Origin: Acidobacteriota bacterium
Lineage (GTDB): Bacteria > Actinomycetota > Actinomycetes > Actinomycetales > Microbacteriaceae
Reading direction: 5' to 3'
Assembly: GCA_019352055.1 (NCBI GenBank)
Contig: JABBOB010000006.1
Location: 10,974 to 74,973 of the forward strand
DNA length: 64,000 nucleotides
Under the pieces are notes generated by a model that worked only from the letters and a program-made list of their open reading frames with translations, was not told the origin of the DNA and made no database searches. The translations under genes and the position numbers were made by a program. Of the stretch, positions 18,145 through 27,421 are shown in pieces. Numbering within the stretch: position 1 is the first letter of the stretch; each line of letters opens with the position of its first letter.

Positions 18145-19247
18145 CAGCGCCCGTGCGCCCAGTCGGTGATGCGGGTGAGCACGCCAGGGTCCGTCTCCGG
18201 CGGCACGCCGTGCCCGAGGTTCAGCACATGCGACGGCGCGGTGCGACCGGCCGAGACCACCGCCTCGAGGTGCCGCTCGAGCACCGGCCAGGGTGCCGCG
18301 AGCATCGCGGGGTCGATGTTGCCCTGCACCGGGGTGCCGCCGCCGAGCCGGGCGGACGCGTCGTCGAGCGGGATGCGGTGGTCGACCCCGATCACGTCCG
18401 CGCCCGCGTCGCGCATCGCGGCGAGCAGGAGGGCCGTACCGGTGCCGAAGTGCACGACGGGCACGGCGCCGTGCACCGCGGCCATCGCCGCGGCAGACGC
18501 AGGAAGCGCCCCGGATCGGTAGTCCGCCTCCGACAGCCCGCCGGCCCACGAGTCGAAGAGCTGCACCGCCTGCGCTCCCGCGCGCACCTGCGCCGCGAGG
18601 AAGGCGCCCGAGATCCGTGCCAGGTAGCCGGTGAGCGCGTGCCACGCCTCCGGATCCGCATGCATCAGGGTCCTCGCGCGCTGCTGATCCTTGGAGGGGC
18701 CGCCCTCGACGAGGTACGAGGCGAGCGTGAACGGAGCGCCCGCGAACCCGATCAGCGGCACGTCGCCGAGTTCGGCGACCGTGCGCGCGACGGCCTGCTC
18801 GATCGGGGCGAGCGCGTCGTCGGTGAGTTCGTGGGCGACGAGATCGGCGAGGTCGGCGGCGTCGCGGATCGGCCTGCCGAACACCGGACCCCGGCCGGGG
18901 ACGATCTCGACGTCGACGCCGGCAAGCTTCAGCGGCACGACGATGTCGCTGAAGAAGATCGCCGCGTCGACGCCGTGGCGTCGCACCGGTTGCAGGGTGA
19001 TCTCCGCCGCGAGCTCCGGCGTGAGGCACGCGTCGAGCATCGCGGTGCCCGCTCGCGTGGCGCGGTATTCGGGAAGGGAGCGACCGGCCTGCCGCATGAA
19101 CCAGACGGGCAGGCGTTCGGGCCGATGGCCCCGGTAGGCCTGGAGGAGGGCGGAGTCGGCGGCCACGGACGGGAATCCTGCCAGGTCCCGCCGCGTCGCC
19201 GTGGCGTGCACACCACCTGATCGTGCTCGAGCTGCGACACGGGTCAC
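18144..19247 (-). CDS. hemE: Uroporphyrinogen decarboxylase
   Basis: ...LPVWFMRQAGRSLPEYRATR...TLQPVRRHGVDAAIFFSDIVVPL...GFAGAPFTLASYLVEGG...NLGHGV. Start uncertain: 19247, or GTG at 19211. Confidence 0.9.
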   Translation of the reverse strand: MTRVAARARSGGVHATATRRDLAGFPSVAADSALLQAYRGHRPERLPVWFMRQAGRSLPEYRATRAGTAMLDACLTPELAAEITLQPVRRHGVDAAIFFSDIVVPLKLAGVDVEIVPGRGPVFGRPIRDAADLADLVAHELTDDALAPIEQAVARTVAELGDVPLIGFAGAPFTLASYLVEGGPSKDQQRARTLMHADPEAWHALTGYLARISGAFLAAQVRAGAQAVQLFDSWAGGLSEADYRSGALPASAAAMAAVHGAVPVVHFGTGTALLLAAMRDAGADVIGVDHRIPLDDASARLGGGTPVQGNIDPAMLAAPWPVLERHLEAVVSAGRTAPSHVLNLGHGVPPETDPGVLTRITDWAHGR

Positions 19248-19259
19248 GGATTCGACGGC

Positions 19260-19268
19260 TGGTAGAAT
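19260..19268 (+). promoter_or_regulatory. Extended -10 element (TGGTAGAAT) for hemA, implying a leaderless transcript
   Basis: TGGTAGAAT ends 8 nt before the hemA GTG at 19277. No room for a Shine-Dalgarno sequence. Confidence 0.45.
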
Positions 19269-19276
19269 CCCGCGTC

Positions 19277-20548
19277 GTGCTCACCGCTCTGACCGCCGAC
19301 TACCGCACCGCGGGGTTCGACGTGCTCGAGCGGCTCGCGACGGTCTCCGCCCAATCGCTGGCGCGCTTCGTCTCGGAGCGCCCGGGGGTGCGCGGAGGGG
19401 TGCTCCTCGCGACGTGCAACCGGTTCGAGGCGTACCTCGACGCGGCCGACACGGCCGAGCTCGACGCGCTCGTGGCCTTCGCCGCCGCCGAGGCCGGTGT
19501 CGACGCGGCGGCCGTGGGGGGTGCCGCGACGCAGCGCACGGGTCCCGAGATCGCCGGCCACCTGTTCGCAGTGTCGAGCGGGCTCGAGTCGCTCGTCGTG
19601 GGGGAGGCGGAGATCGCCGGACAGGTGTCGCGCGCCCTCGAGACCGCACGTGGTCTCGGCACGACCACCCCGGACCTCGAGCGGCTGTTCCAGCGCGCGT
19701 CGCGCACCTCGAGCGCCGTCCAGCAGCGCACCCTCGTCGGTACAGCCGGCCGGAACATCGTGCGCCTCGCGCTCGAGCTCGCCGGCAGCCGGTTCACCGA
19801 GTGGTCCTCCGTCCGGGTGCTGGTCATCGGCACCGGTACCTATGCGCGGGCGACGCTCGCAGCGCTGCGGGATCACGGGGTCCAGGAGATCGGGGTGTAC
19901 TCCCCGAGCGGCCGAGCGCTCCGCTTCGCCCAGCGGGAGGGCGTCACGGCAGTCCCCGAGGCCGAGCTGCGGTACCGACTCGCGACGGCCGAGCTCGTCA
20001 TCTCCTGCAGCATCGCGACCGCCCCGATCCTCGACGCGGACCGGCTGCGCGGTGCCCGCTCGGTCGTCGAAGCGCCGGGTCGGCAGCTCATCGTCGACCT
20101 GGGCATGCCGCGCAACGTCCAGCCGGACGTCGCGGACCTGCACGACGTCGAGCTGCTCGACCTCGAGACGATCGGCAAGCACGCCCCGCTGCCCGAGCTG
20201 CAGGCCGCGGACGACGCCTGGGCGCTGGTCGCGGAGGCGGTCGAGGAGTACGGGGCGGACCAGCGCGCGACCACCGTGACCCCGTCGGTCGTCGCGTACC
20301 GCTCGCACGTCTTCGACCTCGTGGATCAGGAGATCGAGCGGCTGCGGCGCCGAGGCGAGGCCACCGACTCGGTGGAGCGGGCGATGCGGCACCTGGCCGG
20401 CGTGCTCGTGCACACGCCGTCGGCGCGCGCCCGTCAGCTGGCCGCTGCCGGGGAGGCGGAGCGCTTCACGGACGCGATCGAGACGCTGTTCGGGCTCGTA
20501 CCCGCCGTGGACGCGGTCGAGGAGCCCGGCGTCGACCTCGCGGGTTGA
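19277..20548 (+). CDS. hemA: Glutamyl-tRNA reductase
   Basis: VLTALTADYRTAGFDVLERL...LATCNRFEAYL...HLFAVSSGLESLVVGEAEIAGQV...VLVIGTGTYA. GTG at 19277 within track ORF 19223..20548. Confidence 0.9.
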   Translation: MLTALTADYRTAGFDVLERLATVSAQSLARFVSERPGVRGGVLLATCNRFEAYLDAADTAELDALVAFAAAEAGVDAAAVGGAATQRTGPEIAGHLFAVSSGLESLVVGEAEIAGQVSRALETARGLGTTTPDLERLFQRASRTSSAVQQRTLVGTAGRNIVRLALELAGSRFTEWSSVRVLVIGTGTYARATLAALRDHGVQEIGVYSPSGRALRFAQREGVTAVPEAELRYRLATAELVISCSIATAPILDADRLRGARSVVEAPGRQLIVDLGMPRNVQPDVADLHDVELLDLETIGKHAPLPELQAADDAWALVAEAVEEYGADQRATTVTPSVVAYRSHVFDLVDQEIERLRRRGEATDSVERAMRHLAGVLVHTPSARARQLAAAGEAERFTDAIETLFGLVPAVDAVEEPGVDLAG

Positions 20549-20635
20549 CCCGCGAGCGTCGATCCCATCGCACGATCGCCCGCACGCCGTGCGGCCTACG
20601 TAACCTCCCCGTTACTCCTGCGTATCATTCAGGAC

Positions 20636-20938
20636 ATGACGTATCGCGTCGTGATCCCACGCAGCATCCCGTTCGGCGAGTCCAACCGGGTCCAGCGAGA
20701 GGTCTGGAAGCGCGGCTACTCCACGCGGCTCGCCGGCCGTGACGACGCGCAGCCGGACCACCTGGTCGTCGAGTTCCTCCGCATGGTCGACGAGCTGCCC
20801 GAGCCCGCCGACGTGCCCGCGCTCGAGCAGGACCTGGAGGCGCTGCTCTCCGGCAGCCGAATCCACGCCCCGTTCATGGGCCGCGGCGGCTGGGTCGAGA
20901 CGGTCCAGAACCGTCCCATGCGCAAGCACGTCGCCTAG
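20636..20938 (+). CDS. Hypothetical protein (100 aa)
   Basis: Strong GC3 bias in this frame compared with the overlapping minus-strand ORF. TATCAT at 20623-20628 lies 7 nt upstream of the ATG (leaderless candidate). No family recognised. Confidence 0.55.
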   Translation: MTYRVVIPRSIPFGESNRVQREVWKRGYSTRLAGRDDAQPDHLVVEFLRMVDELPEPADVPALEQDLEALLSGSRIHAPFMGRGGWVETVQNRPMRKHVA

Positions 20939-21026
20939 CCGGGCAGCACACCCGGCCGGCCGATGTCCGTCGGATCCGAGCCGGACGACGCCGTACGGCC
21001 CCTCGCGGGAACCGAGCGCACCCCCG

Positions 21027-21935
21027 TCAGCAGACGTACTCGAGGATGCCGATGCCGATCGTGCGCATCGCCTGCAGCACGGCGAGGCGCCGCGTGTGCA
21101 CGCGGTCCTCGAACTCGATCGTGACCGTGTAGGCGACGGAGGAGCGGGGGCCGCGGAGCACGCCGGCCTCGCTGCGGATCCCCGGCGCCGAGCCGGTCTT
21201 GTTCAGCAGGCTCAGGCCGTGGTCGCTGCGGACGTGCGACAGGGGATCCAACGCGAACGCGGACGACACCATCGAGAGGTCCGCGTTCAGCGCGAGCCAG
21301 TCCGAGACGCGGGAGGACACGGCCCGGCTGACGGCCTCGCCGCGGGCGATGCGGGCGAACAGGGTGGTGAGCTCCGCCGCGGAGCCGACGGACAGCTGGG
21401 GCGCGTCGTCGGGCCCCCGCCGGTCGCGGACGCGGTCCAGCAGAGCGGTGCGCTTCAGGCCGAGCGACTCGGCCCGCGCGCGAACCGAATCGAGCCCCAC
21501 CGCGCGGAGCAGCACGTTGGTGGCGAGGTTGTCGCTCGTCGCCGCCACGAGCGCGGCGAGGTCGGTCAGCGGGAGGCTCGGCGCGTGGAGGTACTGCCAG
21601 ACCCCCGCGTCCGACACCAGATCCTCCGGCGTGCGGTCGAGCAGGTCGAAGCGGGTGTTGACCTGCTCCTCGAGCCGCGCGGCGATCTCGAGCAGCAGCA
21701 GCACCTTGCCGACGCTCGCGGTCGGCAGGACCACGTGGTCGTCCACCGAGAACAGGGCCTTGCCGGACAGCAGGTCGATGACGCGCGCGGACACCTGCGC
21801 GCCGTCGAGCGCCAGGTGCGCGAGCGCGGTGAAGCCGTCCGTGAAGTCGGCACGCACCGCGTCGCCCCGGTGCCGGGCGTTCTCGTCGCTGCTCCTCGGC
21901 CTCGTCCGTCGGGTCGGGGCCGGGGCAGCGGTCAC
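21027..21935 (-). CDS. Serine hydrolase, class A beta-lactamase-related, with no obvious signal peptide
   Basis: ...[18 protein letters not shown]... (SxxK), ...[12 protein letters not shown]... (SDN), ...[10 protein letters not shown]... (KTG). GTG at 21935 overlaps the pepO stop (GTGA). Confidence 0.8.
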   Translation of the reverse strand: MTAAPAPTRRTRPRSSDENARHRGDAVRADFTDGFTALAHLALDGAQVSARVIDLLSGKALFSVDDHVVLPTASVGKVLLLLEIAARLEEQVNTRFDLLDRTPEDLVSDAGVWQYLHAPSLPLTDLAALVAATSDNLATNVLLRAVGLDSVRARAESLGLKRTALLDRVRDRRGPDDAPQLSVGSAAELTTLFARIARGEAVSRAVSSRVSDWLALNADLSMVSSAFALDPLSHVRSDHGLSLLNKTGSAPGIRSEAGVLRGPRSSVAYTVTIEFEDRVHTRRLAVLQAMRTIGIGILEYVC

Positions 21936-23875
21936 CAGATCGTGACCCTGCTCGTCGGATCCAGCCACAGGGCATCCGTCTCGGTGAGGTCGAACGCCGC
22001 CGCGAACTCGTCCAGGTTCTTGACGATCTGGTTGCAGCGGAACTCGGGTGGGGAGTGCGGGTCGATGGTGAGCAACCGCTTCGCCTCGGCCTCGCGACGC
22101 TTCTCCCGCCAGACCGTCGCCCACGCGATGAAGAACCGCTGCGCGCCCGTGCGGCCGTCGACGACCGCGGGCTCGGCCCCCTCGAGCGAGAGCACGTAGG
22201 CCTTCCAGGCGATCGTGAGACCGCCGAGGTCGCCGATGTTCTCGCCGATCGTCAGCGCGCCGTTCACGTGGTCGGTGAGCCCCTCGGGCACGAGCGCGTC
22301 GTACTGGGCGATCAGCGCCTTCGTGCGCTCCTCGAACGCGGCGCGATCCGCCTCCGTCCACCAGTTCTCGAGTCGGCCGTCGCCGTCGAACTGCGACCCC
22401 TGGTCGTCGAAGCCGTGACCGATCTCGTGCCCGATGACGGCGCCGATGCCGCCGTAGTTCTCCGCGTCGTCGCGGTCCGGGTCGAAGAACGGGGGCTGCA
22501 GGATCGCGGCCGGGAAGACGATCTCGTTCATCCCCGGGTTGTAGTAGGCGTTGACCGTCTGGGGGGTCATGAACCACTCGTCGCGGTCGACGGGCTTGCC
22601 GATCTTGCCCAGCTCGCGGTCGAACTCGAACGCGCTCGAGGCGCGGACGTTGCCGACGAGGTCGTCCGCGGCGATCTCGAGCTTCCCGTAGTCGCGCCAG
22701 ACCGCGGGGTAGCCGATCTTCGGGGTGAACCGCCCGAGCTTCTCGAGCGCCCGGCCCCGCGTCTCGTCGCTCATCCACTCGAGGGAGCCGATCGAGTCGC
22801 GGTAGGCGGCGACGAGATTCGCGACGAGGACGTCCATCCGCACCTTCGCGATGGGCGGGAAGTGCTCCTCGACGTACAGCCGCCCGACCGCCTCGCCCAT
22901 GGCGCCCTCGGCGAGCGCGACGCCGCGCTTCCACCGGGCGCGCAGCTCCGGGGCGCCGGTGAGCGCGGTGCCGGTGAAGGCGAACTGCGCGTCGACGAAC
23001 GCGGAGGAGAGGTAGGGGGCGAGCGGGCGGATCACGCGGATGGCGAGCCAGTCCCGCCACGCGTCGAGCCGGTCGTGGGTGAGGAGGCCGAGCACGCCGG
23101 AGACGAAGCTCGGCTCGCGGACCACGACGGTGTCGAGCGCACCGACGGGCGCATCGAGTCCTGCTGCCCAGGCGTCGAGCAGCGCGCCGCCCTCGCCCGC
23201 GCCGGCGACCAGCGCGGACCAGGAGGTGGGGTTGTAGGTCGCCTGCACGTCGCGGGTCGCGACCGCGTCCCAGTGGGTGCCGGCGATCTCCGTCTCGAGC
23301 GCGAGCACGCGGTCCGCGCGCACCTCCGCCTCCCCGAGCCCGGCGAGCGAGAACATGCCGACGAGGAACGTCCGGTACGCGTCCCGATGGCTCGCGAAGT
23401 CGTCCTCGCGGTAGTAGCGCTCGTCGGGCAGGCCCAGGCCGCCCTGCTCGAAGAAGACGAGGTAGCGACCCGGGTCCCCGGGGTCGTTGTCGACGAACAG
23501 CCGGAACAGGCTCCCTCCGCCGCGGCGCTCCAGCGTGCCGAGCACCGCCAGCACGGCGGCGATCGAGTCGGCCGCCGCGACGAGACCGAGCGGCTCGGTC
23601 AGCGGGGCGGCACCGAGCGCTTCGACCCGTGCCTCGTCCATGAAGGAGGAGTAGAGATCGCCGATCTTGCGGGCCTCGGTGCCGGGCTCCGCCTGCTGCG
23701 CGCGCTCGACGATCGTGCGGACCGCGATCTCCGCGTCGTCGACGAGGTCGAGGAAGGCACCCGACCGCGCCCGATCGGCCGGGATCTCCGCCGTCGCGAG
23801 CCACTCGCCGTTCACGGCGCGGTACAGGTCGTCCTGGATGCGCGCGGAGACTGCCGCGCCTTCGGGTTCGGCCAC
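21932..23875 (-). CDS. pepO: M13 family zinc metallopeptidase (PepO / endothelin-converting-enzyme-like)
   Basis: ...[23 protein letters not shown]...[23 protein letters not shown]...GENIGDLGG...W at the C-terminus. Confidence 0.95.
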   Translation of the reverse strand: MAEPEGAAVSARIQDDLYRAVNGEWLATAEIPADRARSGAFLDLVDDAEIAVRTIVERAQQAEPGTEARKIGDLYSSFMDEARVEALGAAPLTEPLGLVAAADSIAAVLAVLGTLERRGGGSLFRLFVDNDPGDPGRYLVFFEQGGLGLPDERYYREDDFASHRDAYRTFLVGMFSLAGLGEAEVRADRVLALETEIAGTHWDAVATRDVQATYNPTSWSALVAGAGEGGALLDAWAAGLDAPVGALDTVVVREPSFVSGVLGLLTHDRLDAWRDWLAIRVIRPLAPYLSSAFVDAQFAFTGTALTGAPELRARWKRGVALAEGAMGEAVGRLYVEEHFPPIAKVRMDVLVANLVAAYRDSIGSLEWMSDETRGRALEKLGRFTPKIGYPAVWRDYGKLEIAADDLVGNVRASSAFEFDRELGKIGKPVDRDEWFMTPQTVNAYYNPGMNEIVFPAAILQPPFFDPDRDDAENYGGIGAVIGHEIGHGFDDQGSQFDGDGRLENWWTEADRAAFEERTKALIAQYDALVPEGLTDHVNGALTIGENIGDLGGLTIAWKAYVLSLEGAEPAVVDGRTGAQRFFIAWATVWREKRREAEAKRLLTIDPHSPPEFRCNQIVKNLDEFAAAFDLTETDALWLDPTSRVTIW

Positions 23876-23995
23876 GGAGGAAGTCTACGAGCGCGCGTCC
23901 CCGGGACCGGGAGGGCTCGCGCGGGTCGGAGGACCCGACTCGCTGCGGGGATGGGGGTCGGCGGTCGGCCGGACGGTTCCGTAGGCTCTCGGCCC

Positions 23996-24691
23996 GTGCG
24001 ACTCGTGGTGGCGGAGTGCTCGGTCGATTACGCGGGGCGGCTGTCGGCCCACCTCGACCCGGCGCGCAGGGTGCTCATGCTGAAGGCCGACGGCAGCGTG
24101 CTCGTGCATGCCGACGGCGGCTCCTACAAGCCGCTCAACTGGATGAGCCCACCGTGCTCCCTGGTCGTCGAGGAGCCCGACGGGGACCTCGCGGCCTCCG
24201 GCGTGCAGCAGGTGTGGCGCGTCGCGCATGCGAAGACCGGCGACGTGCTGATCATCCGGATCCACGAGCTGCTCGTGGACGAGACGGTCGAGCTCGGTGT
24301 CGATCCGGGGTTGGTGAAGGACGGCGTGGAGGCGGACCTGCAGCGGCTGCTCGCGGAGCAGATCGGGCTGCTCGGCGACGGCCACACGCTCGTGCGTCGG
24401 GAGCACATGACCGCGATCGGCCCGGTCGACATCCTGGCCAGGGACGCCGGCGGGGTCGCGGTCGCGGTGGAGATCAAGCGGCGCGGCGACATCGACGGCG
24501 TCGAGCAGCTGACCCGCTACCTCGAGCTGATGAACCGCGACCCGCATCTCGCCCCGGTGTCCGGCGTCTTCGCCGCGCAGGAGATCAAGCCCCAGGCTCG
24601 CACGCTGGCCGAGGACCGCGGCATCCGCTGCGTGGTCCTCGACTACGACAGCATGCGCGGCGTCGAGGTCGGCCCCGCGCGCCTGTTCTGA
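23996..24691 (+). CDS. nucS: Endonuclease NucS (EndoMS, mismatch-specific)
   Basis: [50 protein letters not shown]...[38 protein letters not shown]... GTG at 23996. Confidence 0.95.
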   Translation: MRLVVAECSVDYAGRLSAHLDPARRVLMLKADGSVLVHADGGSYKPLNWMSPPCSLVVEEPDGDLAASGVQQVWRVAHAKTGDVLIIRIHELLVDETVELGVDPGLVKDGVEADLQRLLAEQIGLLGDGHTLVRREHMTAIGPVDILARDAGGVAVAVEIKRRGDIDGVEQLTRYLELMNRDPHLAPVSGVFAAQEIKPQARTLAEDRGIRCVVLDYDSMRGVEVGPARLF

Positions 24692-24776
24692 GCACGACAG
24701 CAGGAAGCACCTCCTTCAGCAGGAACGAACGGCCCGGCTTCTCCTGCTGAAGCGACTGGTTCCTGCTGTCGTGCTC
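24690..24776 (+). terminator. Nested double inverted repeat immediately after nucS
   Basis: Outer 17-bp arms GAGCACGACAGCAGGAA (24690-24706) and TTCCTGCTGTCGTGCTC (24760-24776). Inner 11-bp arms CTTCAGCAGGA (24714-24724) and TCCTGCTGAAG (24742-24752). Confidence 0.5.
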
Positions 24777-24834
24777 GAGGTCCCCGGGCTGGGCGCAGCG
24801 GGGCCGCTCGCCGGTCCAGGAGGATGGGCCGCAA

Positions 24835-25506
24835 ATGACGAAGCCCTTCACCGTGATCCTGGTCGACCTCGACGGCACCGTCATGGACTCCGCGCCCGGG
24901 ATCACCCGGAGCCTCACGATCGCGATGGAGGAGCTCGGCCTCGGCGTGCCGCCGCCCGCGCGGATGGTCGAGTTCGTCGGGCCCCCGATCCTCGACGGCC
25001 TCCGCGACATCGCCGGGCTCTCCCCGACGGACTCGGCGGCGGTGCTCGAGCGCTACCGCACCCGGTACCGCTCGGTCGGCGCGTTCGAGGCGCAGCCCTA
25101 CGCCGGAGCGCGGGAGGCGCTCGAGCGGCTGCGCGAGCTCGCGCCCGTCGCCCTCGCGACGTCGAAGCCGGAATCGATCGCCACCCGCATCCTCGAGCAC
25201 TTCGAGTTGGCACCCCTGTTCACCGTGATCGCCGGCGCGTCCGACGACGAGTCCCGCAGCACGAAGGCGGACGTGATCACCCGGGCGCTCGAGCTCCTGA
25301 CCCGAGCCGGGGTCGACGTCGCCCGTCCGATCATGATCGGCGACCGCATCCACGACGTGGAGGGTGCCGCGCTCCACGGCATCCCCACGATCGTCGCCGG
25401 GTGGGGCTACGGCGCACCGGAGGAGGCAGCCGGTGCGATCGCGATCGCCGACGAGCCGGCCCGGCTGCCCGACCTCGTCGCCGCGGGCGCCCCAGATCGG
25501 GTCTGA
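24835..25506 (+). CDS. HAD-superfamily hydrolase (phosphoglycolate phosphatase-like)
   Basis: MTKPFTVILVDLDGTVMDSAPGI... is motif I (DxDGT). ...ATSKPE... and ...MIGDRIHDVEGA... also match HAD motifs. Confidence 0.85.
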   Translation: MTKPFTVILVDLDGTVMDSAPGITRSLTIAMEELGLGVPPPARMVEFVGPPILDGLRDIAGLSPTDSAAVLERYRTRYRSVGAFEAQPYAGAREALERLRELAPVALATSKPESIATRILEHFELAPLFTVIAGASDDESRSTKADVITRALELLTRAGVDVARPIMIGDRIHDVEGAALHGIPTIVAGWGYGAPEEAAGAIAIADEPARLPDLVAAGAPDRV

Positions 25507-25565
25507 ACCGACCCGTCGTGCACCGGCGCGGCCGTGACGCCCACGGGGTGCACCAGAATCGGAGC

Positions 25566-27041
25566 ATGACCCTCACGCAGGTGGAGCGGCAGTACCAGAA
25601 GGCCGCCCAGTCCACGGCACCGCACGTCGTCGTCCTCTTCGGCGCCGCGGGCGACCTGGCCAAGCGCAAGCTCCTCCCGGGGATGGCGAACCTGGTCCTG
25701 TCCTCCCTCGCTCCGGACATCGAGATCGTCGGCACCTCCCTCGAGGACCTCGACGACGACACGTACCGCGAGCAGGCGAAGGCCGCGCTCGACGAGTTCG
25801 ACCGGCGTCACCTGACGGACGAGCAGTGGAGGAGCTTCGCCGAGAAGCTGCACTACGTCCCGAGCAAGGCGGGTCCGGAGGCCCTCGCGCAGGCGGTCGA
25901 CGCCGCGGCCGGAAGGCTCGGCCCCGCCGCCCGGCGGATCCACTACCTGTCCGTGCCGCCCAAGGCCGCCCTCGCCGCGGTCGAGACCATCCGCGACGCC
26001 GGGCTGGTCGAGGGCTCGCGGATCATCATGGAGAAGCCGTTCGGCACCGACCTGGCGAGCGCGGTCGAGCTGAACCGTCGCCTCCACGAGACCTTCGCCG
26101 AGAGCCAGATCTTCCGGATCGACCACTTCCTGGGCAAGGAGCCGGCGCAGAACATCCTCGCGATCCGGTTCGGCAACGGCCTGTTCGAGCCGATCTGGAA
26201 CCGCAACTTCATCTCGCAGATCCAGATCGACGTGCCCGAGACCCTCGGGCTCGAGCAGCGTGCCTCGTTCTACGAGTCGACCGGCGCCTACCGCGACATG
26301 GTCGTGACGCACCTGTTCCAGATCCTCGCGTTCGTCGCGATGGAGGCGCCCACCGCGCTCGAGCCGAAGGCGATCAGCGAGGAGAAGAACAAGGTCTTCA
26401 ACTCGATGAAGGCGATCGACCCGGAGTCGGTGGTCCGTGGCCAGTACGTGGGCTACAAGGACATCCCCGGCGTCTCCCCCGACAGCGAGACGGAGACGTT
26501 CGTCGCGCTGAAGTGCGAGATCGACAACTGGCGCTGGGCGGGCGTGCCGTTCTACCTCCGCACCGGCAAGAAGCTCGCGGAGGGGCAGCGCATCGTCTCG
26601 ATCGCGTTCAAGGAGCCTCCGCAGTCGATGTTCCCGGCCGGCTCGGGCATCGGGTCGAAGGGGCCAGACCATCTGACGTTCGATCTCGCCGACGCCTCCA
26701 AGATGTCGTTGTCGTTCTACGGCAAGAAGCCGGGACCGGGGATGCGCCTCGACAAGATGTCGATGCAGTTCGCGATGCAGGACACGGCGAACGCGGGTGA
26801 CGTCCTCGAGGCGTACGAGCGGCTGATCCTCGACGCGATGCGGGGCGATCACACGCTCTTCACCTCGGCGGACGGCATCGAGCGGCTGTGGGAGGTCAGC
26901 GAACCGCTGCTGAACGACCCGCCCCCCGTGCGCCCGTACGCGGTCGGCAGCTGGGGCCCGAACGCGATCCATCAGCTGGTCGCGCCCTACGCCTGGCGTC
27001 TCCCGTTCGAGCGGGTCTGGCGCGAGTCGCACACCCACTGA
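25566..27041 (+). CDS. zwf: Glucose-6-phosphate 1-dehydrogenase
   Basis: ...VVLFGAAGDLAKRKLLPG...IMEKPFGTDL...IFRIDHFLGKEPAQNIL...YERLILDAMRGD. ATG at 25566 within a longer track ORF. No opcA or pgl gene adjacent. Confidence 0.95.
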   Translation: MTLTQVERQYQKAAQSTAPHVVVLFGAAGDLAKRKLLPGMANLVLSSLAPDIEIVGTSLEDLDDDTYREQAKAALDEFDRRHLTDEQWRSFAEKLHYVPSKAGPEALAQAVDAAAGRLGPAARRIHYLSVPPKAALAAVETIRDAGLVEGSRIIMEKPFGTDLASAVELNRRLHETFAESQIFRIDHFLGKEPAQNILAIRFGNGLFEPIWNRNFISQIQIDVPETLGLEQRASFYESTGAYRDMVVTHLFQILAFVAMEAPTALEPKAISEEKNKVFNSMKAIDPESVVRGQYVGYKDIPGVSPDSETETFVALKCEIDNWRWAGVPFYLRTGKKLAEGQRIVSIAFKEPPQSMFPAGSGIGSKGPDHLTFDLADASKMSLSFYGKKPGPGMRLDKMSMQFAMQDTANAGDVLEAYERLILDAMRGDHTLFTSADGIERLWEVSEPLLNDPPPVRPYAVGSWGPNAIHQLVAPYAWRLPFERVWRESHTH

Positions 27042-27421
27042 GGCGCGCCTGGAGCGCCCCCTCCGATCCGGAATGAACCGTTCGCACGACCGGCCTCCGC
27101 GCCCGTGCGGGCGAGCTCCTCGCGCGCAGCCGATCCTGGTGCTCACCGACACCAGGGCCCCCTCGAGGTGGGCGTGCCGGGCGCGTCCCTGCCCACCGAG
27201 GAGCTCGAGCGGCTCGGTGCGGCCCCGGTGTCCACCGGCCCGTGCACGGCAGCTGGTGGCGCTCAGCGCGCTGCAGGACGCTGCTGCTGCTGCGGTCCTG
27301 GGCGGTGGCGTGCTGCCTCCCGGCACGCGCGCCCTGAACCGAATCGTGACGCCGAGGGCCGAACGGCGGCACACCGCGCCGCCTCCGCCGGCGACGCGTC
27401 CTGGCGTCTAGCGTCCTGGGC

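Noticed and set aside
20612-20929. 105-aa minus-strand ORF overlapping the 20636..20938 plus-strand ORF
   Set aside because: Third-position G+C is clearly higher in the plus-strand frame, and a -10-like hexamer precedes the plus-strand ATG. The plus-strand ORF was kept.
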